The position numbers were made by a program, and so were the translations under genes. Under the pieces are notes generated by a model. The model was not told the origin of the DNA and searched no databases. It was given only the letters and a program-made list of their open reading frames with translations. Shown one piece after another: positions 25,530 to 36,000 of a DNA stretch of 64,000 nt. Position 1 is the first letter of the stretch. Each line of letters starts with the position of its first letter. This DNA is from Lama glama. Lineage: Eukaryota. Location of the stretch: contig CM052817.1 in NCBI GenBank assembly GCA_028534125.1, forward strand, positions 46,068,001-46,132,000, written 5' to 3'.

Positions 25530-28500
25530 ATATTCTTCTCAGTTAGACCTCCCATTGTTTTAATTAGTTAATTCTTATAACCTTCCCCACAACTTTCCCA
25601 ACTCCTATTGGTCACCTTTCCCTCACTGTTACAACCATTCTAATATTTTACGTGAGTTTTTATATTTAATAAACACAAGTGTTATTTAATTAATATAATT
25701 TGTGACATTTGTAAAATGTGTATTTAATTAATGTAAGCAATTGTAAATTGTCTTGGTTTATGTCATATCTGCTTCAGCACTACCTTTTAAAAATTTTATA
25801 TTTAAAACAAAATCTGCCTATACTACTATGAGTATACCTCATTTGTTTCTAATTGCTGCATTGTGTTCTGCAGTGTGTACCCACCACATTTGATTTTGCA
25901 TTATTAGGTAGTCAACAGCTAGATTATATCTACTTCTCCACTATCATAAACAACACAGCAGCGAACATCCTCATGCACGTCCCTTTGTGGGCCTATATGT
26001 CTTAGGAATATGTTCACTCTGGGTAACAGGACATATTTATTTTTAATTTGATTAAGTACTACCCAAATGGCAGTTCTAGGCTAACCTCCAACCAGTAATG
26101 TTTAAGGGTCTCTATGTCCACAAGCTTCTGCAAAAATTATTCGTCATTCTATTTTTGCAAATCTGACAGGCATAAAGAGATATTCTGTTGTGTTTTTGAT
26201 TTGTATTTCTACCATTTCCAGTAAGTTTGAACATTTCTTTATGTTCAGGGCCATGATATACAGATGAGTGCAAGGTGCTTACAAAAGAGCATCCAATCAA
26301 GAATGCGAGTGGGAGCTGAGCTCCGGCCCACACCCACGCTGTGTGTCCTGGCCTGGCCTGGGACAATAGCTGTCTGGAGGAAAAGCTGACTTTTGCTAAT
26401 TCTCAGCAAAGCAACATCTGGGCCAGTACTAGTCCAAATAACATGGTTGTTATTCACTTAGGTTTCACATTCTAGGAATTCCTTGCTCATAAACTTTCCC
26501 CCTTTTAAGCTGAAGGTCCTGCATTTTCATGTTGATTTTTAGTCATCCCTTACATATCATAATCCCTTTTTGGCATTAGACATTGCATAGTTCTCCTTTC
26601 TGTCAACAGTCTGTAAAATTTGTCCATGACATTCTTCTTTTAACCAAACTTCCTAATTTTGACATAATCAAAAAATAGTTCATTTTTCTCTGGATTGTTT
26701 TTAATTGTGAGGTTTTACTTAAATCCTTCCTCAATCTTAACTCACAAGGATATTTTCCTGCATCATTTTGTATTGACTTTACAGTGTTATATTTCACATT
26801 TGGATATTTAATCTTCATGAGATTCACCTTTGACTATGATATAAGGTAATCCTCCGATTTTATTCTTCTCCACGTTCTGAGACTCTTTTCTCTACAGTAT
26901 TTGCTAAGCAGTCATTTTTTCCCTATTAATTTGTAGTGCTCTCTTTATCATGCTATAAATTGTCGCTGAGCTCTCTGTGTTGTTCCATTAGTCCCTTTGC
27001 CATACTTACTCTAGAGTCACACTCTTTTATTACTTTACTTTGTATATGTCTTTATATATAAGATTTCTTGTTTTGCTTTTTTCCCCAAAATGGCAAGTTT
27101 TCACTTCTTTTCTTATGCAAATTATAGAATATGGTATATGAAGTTCATCAAATGACCCATTTGGAATTTTGATTAGCATTCTGTTGAATTTAAAGATTAT
27201 TCAGAAAGAGAATTAACCTGTTCACAGTCTACAGTCTAAGAGAAAGGAGTATTTATCCATGACAGATTTCTTTGTTTTCTTTAAGAGGTATCCACATTTT
27301 TCTTAAATGAAATCTCATGTATTCATTTTCAATACATGTATATCTTACAGTTTTTTAGCAAATATGAGTGCTATTTTATCTTTTAAGATTCAGATAAATT
27401 GTCATTGGAAAGTACTATTAATTTTGGAATTTTATAATTATATCTGACAATCTCAAGGAATTATCTTACAAATTCTAATAGTTGGCATACTGATTGTATT
27501 GGCTATTCTAGATAGATTATCATATTATCTGCAAACAGGGACACATATATTTATTACAAATTCTTATATCTCTTATGTTTACTTATTTTCTTTCAATTTT
27601 AGTAAGAATTTTTGTGCTATGTTACATAATGGGCATCCTTGCCTCATTCCTAATCTTAAAGGGAAAGCATCTATAGATTTGCTACTAAGTATAAATTCAG
27701 CTGTTTATTTTAGTATACAGCTTTTATCAAACACAAGAAGTGTCCTATTCCTAGTTTTAAAATATTTTAAATTATAAGTAAATTTTGCACTTAAAGGCTT
27801 TCTCTGCCTTTAATAAGAAAACACTTTTGAACTCTATCTTGTATAATAAAAAAGTCTAATTTTTAAACTCTATTTTATATAACAACGATATACTTTCTTA
27901 TGTTGAACTTTCCTTGCATTTCTGGTAAAAGCTCTACTCTCATAATGTAATTTTAAGAATATACTTGTGAATTTTCACATTTATGGTCATAAGTAAAATG
28001 TGCCCATATTTTTTTTCCTTATGTTGCTGTTGTACAAATTGGCACTAGCATCATACATTAAGCTGGGCAGATTTCACTCTTTCTCTATATTCTGAACTAC
28101 TATAAAGTCATATGGGTTCAGTTTCTCTTTGGGTGGATGGGGATATGAGCTCTGATCACTCCATTTTTTATTATTTATTGGTTTAAGTTTTTTATTTTTA
28201 CTATTAGACATTTTTCACATTTTTGGCACTTTTGTAGACATTTATCCATTACATCTTGGGTTTTTATATATTAGTGCCATCTTACAACCATGAGGACAGA
28301 ACAGTAGCAAGAGGGAAAGGACCTGGATATTTAATACTACTGTTGGACAGTTGAATTAAGCAAACTTAGAGTATCATACCTTTCTATGTCATTTATTAGG
28401 GAAAGTAATGTCTCTTTAAGCTACTAAAATTTATTTATGAATGTGAATTCTAATACTTTTTCTCTTTTTTTCTTACTTTTAAAATCTGTTGTTCCTGTAG

Positions 28501-28970
28501 GTAATTCTCCTTTTTCTTTCTACCTTTTTTAATGTACTGTCTCTTTATTTTGATCAATTTTAACACAGATCTATCTTATTAATTTTTCCAAAGAATAGCC
28601 TATTGGCTTTGTTATTCAATTATCTTTATCATTTATTTCTGCCCTATGTAAATATTTTTATTCCTATTTCCTTAGGTTTATTCAATTGATCTTTTTTCTA
28701 AATTTTGAGTTTAATACATAGCTTAAGTTTCTTTCCCTTTTAAGCTTTTCTTATTTCTGATAAATATGTTTAAATCTACAAATTGTCTATTAAGTACTAC
28801 TTTAACTGAGTGTCATAAATTTTGACAAATAAAACATTTTCATTCAGTTCTAAGTATTTTGTAATTTTCATTAAAATAATTTTTAACTCAGTAGATTTTT
28901 ATAATGTGCAATATCCAAACATACAACAGTTTTTGTTATCCTTTAAAATTTTTTCTGATTGTATTCTATT
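25530..28970 (-). mobile_element. Highly diverged LINE-1 (L1M/L1ME-like) ORF2 and 3' remnants
   Basis: T-rich tract with L1 antisense motifs: gggcatccttgcctcattcctaatcttaaagggaaag, tttggaattttgattagcatt, tttttgatttgtatttct. Confidence 0.75.
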
Positions 28971-29003
28971 ATAACTTAAACTGCCAACCACCTCACTATC
29001 AGG

Positions 29004-29033
29004 ACACACACACACAAACACACACACACACAC
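29004..29033. repeat. Interrupted (CA)n microsatellite
   Basis: cacacacacacaaacacacacacacaca. Confidence 0.85.
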
Positions 29034-30054
29034 AGAGCCATTTATGACACACACTTGGTCTCCCCAGAGAGACCTGAAAGAAGGTTAAATTTCACTGTCG
29101 AGAGTATCACTATGATTATAGTAGACTCTCAATAAAGATTTATTAAATTAATGATTGAATGGACATAGTATATGTGTATGTGCGTGTGTATATATATATA
29201 TATAAGATATATATACATATATGTAATTTGAAAGGTTGGCGATTAAGGTGAATATATTTAAACAAGGTATTACTAAGGAATTATGTTGATTTCTAAGCCA
29301 TGGAAGAAAACCAGTGTCATTACTTTAGTCATACTTCATAAGGGTCAAATCCATCAAACAAAGTGAATTATTAATTACTGAGTGGATGACTACCTGCTTT
29401 GACACTGCCTAAAACCCTTTATTCTGCCATTTCCTTCTGTTCCTAAGTTTATGGATACTTCTCCTTAGGACTTACGAGATGCTGCTTTTCAGTAAACTGT
29501 GTGTGCCTGGTACATAGTTGGAGTTTAATAATTATTTGTAGTTATTTATTGAATGAATAACCAAGTAGCTAAGAAGTAAGAGTTGCATTGTTCAGCAATA
29601 ACCCAGCCACTTCAGCAGTTGCCCCACCTATACACCCTGGGGCGATTCTGTTTCTAAGCACATTGGCCCTTCCTGTAACCCACCTGTATTTCATTGCCAG
29701 AGGACTTTCTTTGGCTATTGGAGTTCACTTTGCCTACACAGACCAGGGAATTAATCTCACCCACCCAAGTATTTTAAAAATTGTGAATAAAATTTTTGGA
29801 TAAATATTTCAGCTTTCTTACTCTTTGAGTGGGCTAAAACTAAGGTGTGCATTCTACACTGTAAGGGAAGTTTTATAGACTGGAAAACTTTGTGAAGATG
29901 AAATAGGTAGATAAAAAGTGTCATCTTATCTGAATTTGAAGAAATAATCTAAGTACCTTATGAGTGGCAATTTTAAACCATGCCAAATTGGTATGTAGAT
30001 AGTATTCTCCAAACCAAAAACAAACACCTTGACTATAGGAAAAGTAGAAGAGAT

Positions 30055-30200
30055 TGGAGTTTAAGTGAACCAGCTCTGGAGCCACAGAGCCTAATTGCCG
30101 TTTACTAGCTGTGTGGCAAGTTACTTAATCTCTTTAAGGCTTACTTTTCTTACCTATAAAATGTATTTACCTTCTAAGGAAGTTCTGAGGATTAAGAGGG
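30055..30200 (+). mobile_element. MIR
   Basis: gctctggagcca...tttactagctgtgtggcaagttacttaatctct. Confidence 0.7.
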
Positions 30201-30990
30201 CAAAGATTTGGTGAATGGGATGCTAGAAACAGATGGAAGTGTTGATGCTGGAGGCACCTTTCATTTACGAAATTCTGCGAGATGATTGCCAAAATCATGC
30301 TTATAATTGGTTAATTTTCTCAAGGTATTCCCTGCACATTATAAAGGTTGTTTTGCTTTTCATGGGAGTAACTTAGTTGACCAGCCAGGAACCAGACTGT
30401 GAGTCATTCCATAACATTAATGTTCTTAAAAGAACACCCACCACAAATACAGACATATTTGTTTAAAATAGCTTAGGAAAAGAGTAGCAAGTGGAGGAAA
30501 AAAAGGAGTAGGTTTTAGATGCTTTATACATTTATGTCATGATATTAGGGAAAGAGGTCTCAAATCTAAATACTTCCTGGTTCTCTCGAAATGTCAAATT
30601 CAAACCTATTCTTGTGGTGATGATGATGATAAGCAGTATAATCTCTTTCTTTTATAATATCTGTGTCTACTGCAACAGAAAGGCCATTGCATGTGTTGAT
30701 TTTAGAAGCTTTCATAATTAACAGGACCTGGAACAAGTCCTATATAGAATAAGAAAGACCAGTTTGGGATATTAGTATTTGTGGGATAAGTGACTCTATA
30801 ATTTTGCCATTAAGAGTGTTTTCTAAGAAAAGCTATAAATAAAAACAAAACCATTAAAAAAAAATGAAGGAGAAGGAACTCCTTCTACAATGATCATCTA
30901 AAGATCATCCATGTGTTGGGAGAAAAATAACCTAAAGTCTTACACTCTCAAAACTAATATTCAGACTCTCAATCTGTTTGATTAAAAAAG

Positions 30991-30996
30991 TTTAAT
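30991..30996 (-). terminator. Polyadenylation signal ATTAAA of AREG
   Basis: Plus-strand tttaat at 30991-30996, at the end of the AU-rich UTR block. Confidence 0.8.
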
Positions 30997-31007
30997 GAGC
31001 TGTAAAA

Positions 31008-31038
31008 TAAATACACTTCCATTAAATATTAAATAAAT
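31008..31038 (-). promoter_or_regulatory. AU-rich element cluster (4x AUUUA)
   Basis: Plus-strand taaat at 31008, 31023, 31030 and 31034. Confidence 0.85.
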
Positions 31039-31916
31039 TATTTACAACTTGAAAAAATACTTTTTATCTCCATGCATCTTTATGTACAGAAATAAGACTT
31101 AGCATTAAAAACTGACAATTGAAAGTTTAAAACCATCAGAACAAAAAGGTTCTGTTTTCTTATGATCCACTGAAAAGAGGAACCAACTCATCATTCATGC
31201 TTGTGACTTGGCAGCAACTCCGATCTGATACCCTGTTGGGAATTAAATAAAGAGTTAAGGATACGCTCAACTGCAACATAGCTTTAAGAAAATGTCAAAG
31301 AATAATCAGGAATCAGAATTTCTGTCAATTTTTTTCTCTAAGAAGTCCTGCGAAAAATGCAAAGAGTTTTCCAGAAACAAACTAGCACTTTAACTTGAAT
31401 CCCACTTCCAGATCTGCTTTGGTAATAGGCCTACTTAGACTGAAGACTGCATATGCTCAAACCAGTGTCATCAAATTCAGCTTAATAAAACCACAGCAAC
31501 AGTCATGAGAAATAGTTTTCCAAACCAAATCTATGCAGTGGATATAATTACAAACAAAGATTAAAATGGCTCAGTGTATTTATGATACACAGTTAATTTA
31601 AGGTAATTAGTACCAAGGGCATAATAACAGCAGCTTACCAGTTAATAGGCAGCCACTGTGTGCCAGCCCAGCATGTTCCTTTCCCTAAAGTCACCCCAGA
31701 CCTCCTTTGAGACATTTCAATAGTCCTAAATAACCAAAAATTACCCTTATTCATGTTGGTGGTTTTAGCTTCAGAACATGAAGCCAATTCATTTATACAT
31801 TTTGATGAATAAGTACTGAATATAGCATTGGCATGGATAATTATCTGTCTCATGAGTTATTGGGCTAATTCTGTAACAGGCTAAGAACATAAGGCTTGTG
31901 TTAACCAGTGCTAAAC

Positions 31917-32039
31917 ATAGTGGTTCTCCAAGCACCTGGAGCGTTAATTAAAAACGGAAGTACTGATTTAGTAGATTTAGGATCTGGCATAGGAATATGC
32001 GTATTTAATAAGCACCTCAAGTAATTCTTGAATCCACTG
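31917..32039. mobile_element. MER5-like element in AREG intron 5
   Basis: tagtggttctccaa...cacctggagcgttaattaaaaa...tgatttagtag...tttaataagcacctcaagtaattct. Confidence 0.65.
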
Positions 32040-32978
32040 GGGGTAGAAAAGAGTAACTTAAGGATGTGACATCTTTCCTAGATGTCTTAGGAAATGGAGT
32101 TCCTTCTTCTGACCGAGTTGAAGTGTGTCCTTGATCTCCTTGTCTCCCTCTTCCTCTGGAAGTTTGCTTCACTAGCTGTTCACTTCAGTTTTCTATACCT
32201 TCTTTCCTCTCCTGACCACATGCTCACCTCTCCCTTTACAAAAAAGTTTAAAATAAGAGCTACTATATATACTGTAACCAATCTATCTCTCAAATTTGCA
32301 CCTCTTCTCCCTTTTATTTAAAAAGACATGCTGCCTGCTATTTCCACTTCCCCACATTTGTGGTGCAAGCTCCCTGACATTGGCTCGCCACCATGTGAGC
32401 TCAATCTGCCATCTCAACCTTATCTTCCCCAACACCATTTGAACTGGGCCATTTTTCAAAAGTTTCCAATATAATCTAGTCCATCTCACAGTATGAATTT
32501 TCCTTTCCCTTTACAGTTGCTTATCCCACTCTCATTAGTTCTTTGACGCTCACTTCCAATGCCATCTGCACACACATCCTTTCCTGCTCCCTAAATGCAT
32601 CCCACTGGATTCTCTCTCTCCTTCACTGGAAATTCCTCATATTCCATTAGTTCCTCTCTTAGGACACATTCTTTGCTCCCCCTAATATTCTCGTTCCTTA
32701 CAGTTTTTTTTTCCCTATCTATTAAGCACTAAGTTCTTTGAGAATAGAATCTGTGTCTCCCTCATCATTAGATCCTTTATGATACTAAGGATATAGTCTG
32801 CTCTCAGCATTGAATTCTGTCACATGCTCAAAGAATAAGACTTTAATGTAGCCAATGTTCATATATTTAAGAAAACTTGCTTTTCTCATTTTTCTTCAGA
32901 TAATAGATGTTATTTTTTAATCATAGGATATTATTTAAAGATATCTTTTAAAACTCAAACCTGTAATATCATCTTCAG

Positions 32979-33072
32979 TTATGCTATGGCATGTGTATTT
33001 CCATTTTCTTGTCGAAGTTTCTTTCGTTCTTCTGCTGCACCTTCATATTCCCTGAAGTATCGTTTTCGAAGC
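32979..33072 (-). CDS. AREG: AREG exon 5 coding part (cytoplasmic tail); exon continues as UTR to 32961
   Basis: Acceptor CTCCAAAG|; [31 protein letters not shown] then TAA at 32981-32979; 18 nt of UTR, then donor CAG|GTTTGA from 32960. Confidence 0.97.
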
Positions 33073-36000
33073 CTTTGGAGAACAAGATATTCTACTGTCA
33101 TCAAAGCTCTATTCATGTATATAGTGTCTGGGGTTTTTATGAATACAAGGAATTCCTTTTTGTGAGTCCTTATAGACCATTACATACTGATGGACCACTC
33201 CGCCAAACCAAAAACCAAACCCAGCTAAAACAGTATCACCTATGTTCTTTTTAAGGGGATCTTTATGTTGACGTCATAAAACATACTTCCAAAGGACTGA
33301 GATTTAAATAAATGTGCCTTGAGATGCAAACTTTCAGAAGACATGGAACACATCCATTTTTTCCTCCAAACTTAGCACAAATTGTGCCATGCACAATTGG
33401 AGGAAGAAGAAGATAGTATAGTTTTACCATAGAAGATCTGTATGCTTACACAAACTAATTTGAACGGTTAGATTTTTAAAAACAGGCTTACAAAACAAAT
33501 TGAGTTTTATCTATTTGTAAATATAATCAGTACATCTAGTTTTATATATTACTATTTGCTACCAAAAAAGTCAATGGTCTGAAATGTCTTGGTATTGTAC
33601 AAGCAATTCTATTTTTACTAGGTCTTTATCTACTAAATGTTGTAATTAAAATCCTAAGAATTTTAGTTGTGATGTTTGGGGAAAAATTAACTTCAATTAT
33701 GAAAAAGCAGCTAGTATCTGCTATGTGTCTTAAATACAAGGAGAATATAAAAGGACAAGGTTTTTCTATACTTTTCCAAAGAATTTATTAAATATTCCAA
33801 CTTGAATAATTACAAGTTGAAATAATTATTTCAAAACATCTTCCCTAACTGGCAATTTCTTCTTCTATCCTTCTATGTCAAATAGTAATGGTTTGTCTGA
33901 GGGTATGTTTCCCAAACATATTTGCATATCTGAGGTACTAACAGATCAAAATAATTTCTAGGCTGTGCAAAACTAATTTAAACCACACATCAAACTTTAC
34001 ATGCATCATAAAAGTGGTTTTTTTTAATGTGTCATTTTATTATTATCTGATCTGAGTTTAAAATAGTAGTAAACAATGGCAGAAGATAACCCCTTGTTTC
34101 CTGAATGGCAGGAGTAGTAGATCATGTACACAATCCAGTTGTTAAAGTAATTTACCAAGACCTAAAATTAGAATAATGAGTCTATTGCTTTTCCCAAGCT
34201 CTAGTAGCACATGAGTCATCACAGAGCCATTCACACCCTCCCCCAACTTCCTTAATTCACTGACTTTTGTTTGACAGACAATGCCATTTTTACATATTCA
34301 CCAGTGTCTGCTGCCTAGAACAGTCTAGTCCTAACATTCATTGGTCATGCAGGGAAGTATGTGACCTGTTATTATGAGCACAGGGAAGGCACTGCGGGAA
34401 CAGAACAGTAATAGAATTGTCCTTGCTTCCTATGCCGCGGCATATGGAGGAAATTTTTCTTTTTTAATAATTGAGTTCCCATATTGCATTTGACAATAAC
34501 AAAACAGGCATCATAAGCTCTGAGTCGGTCAGCACCATGCTATATTCCTAACTCAGAATTTTGCATTCTAACAGGAGCAGAAGACGTATCTTTTCTTGGC
34601 GCCTGGTCTGGTTTGAAGCTCTTCGTGATTTTTTTAGTACTAAAGCAGTATATCTGACAACCTACTCTGGTTTTATTTATTTTTGGGGGAGGGGGGAGAT
34701 CATTAGGTTTATTTGTTTATATATATATTTTTTTCTAATGGAGGTACTGGGGCTTGAACCAGGACCTCACACATGCTACATGCATGCTAAGCACATGCTC
34801 TACCACTGAGCTATACCCTCCCTGCCCCTGACAACCTACTCTGAATCAGGCCTTAATTAGCTTCTGGGAGGCTTGCTTAAGCTTAATACAGTCACAGAAG
34901 ATACCAACACTCTGAAACTCGGAAGTAACCATGATTAAACATAAAACATGAAACAAGACCATCAATTTTTAAGTTCAAGAAAAGGGCTTCATATATTGTT
35001 TCAATAGTGGCCAAAGTAATATATATTTGACCATATTCTGTGATCTTTGTCAATGAAGTGCTTATGAACAAATATGACCAAAGATCATGTGTCACCAACA
35101 GAATAATTCATCTAAAATTTGATACCACATTGTGATAGAAATTACTGAAAAGAATTAACCTGGCATTATTTTGTCAGGAAATTTTAAGCCATGCCATACT
35201 TACTGGACTGTAATAATGACAGCGATAGCTGTGAAGCTCATGGCAGAGACAAAGGCAGCTATGGCTGCTAAGGCAATTTTTGATAAATCACTGTCAACCA
35301 TGCTGTGAGTCTTCATGGACTTTTCCCCACATCGTTCACCAAAGTATTCCTGATGACATCTGCAAACAACCCACATTTTAAAATTATAATCACTGAAAAC
35401 TTTCTGTATATTTTACGTCTACTTTCCAGATCATAAACAACAATTAATTCTAACATTAAAAAAAAAAGGTCATGCCATATGTTTGTATTGCAAAATGATG
35501 AGACAGAATGCATTTGACCCAAAGCTCTATTAGTATAAGAACAAGTTGAGATTAGTTTGGGTGTGATATTCCAAGAAGACACACCTTTTCATTCTTTGTG
35601 ATCCTTCTATGACCAACTGATGAGTTCAGTGGCTGATTACGCAGCTAATACATTCCACTATCATTTAATTTGCTAGCGGCTTTGGGAGGGTGGGGAGCCA
35701 GAACAACATTATGTGAAAAGGACTTTTAGCTCCTTTTTAACAGAAGGTTTTATAAAATGTGTATTGTAAAATGGTGGTTTCCATCAGGGTTCAGCAAACT
35801 ACAGCCCATGGGTCAGATCTGGCCATTTGCCAGGTCTTTTACAGCATGTTAAGACAAGAATGGTTTTTCCATTTTCAAATGGCTATATTTTAGTAGGTGA
35901 TATAAGTACATACATAATCTTGAGCCATGAAGCTGAAAATATTTCCTATGTAGTTCCTAAGAAAAAGTTTGCCAACCCTTGGTTTATACATTGAAGAAGA

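Larger units (their letters stand above)
30975..31232 (-). other. AREG: AREG exon 6 (non-coding, 3' UTR)
   Basis: Acceptor CCCAACAG| at 31234-31233. The tract CAGTGGATCATAAG...GGTTTTAAACTTTCAATTGTC...TTGTAAATAATTTATTTAATATTTAATGGAAGTGTATTTATTTTACAGCTCATTAAAC matches the AREG 3' UTR as I recall it. The 3' end is approximate. Confidence 0.9.

Noticed and set aside
34740..34822. tRNA gene
   Set aside because: The tRNA-like head is followed by a SINE tail and flanked by a TSD, and the cloverleaf is disrupted. The same applies at 48744.
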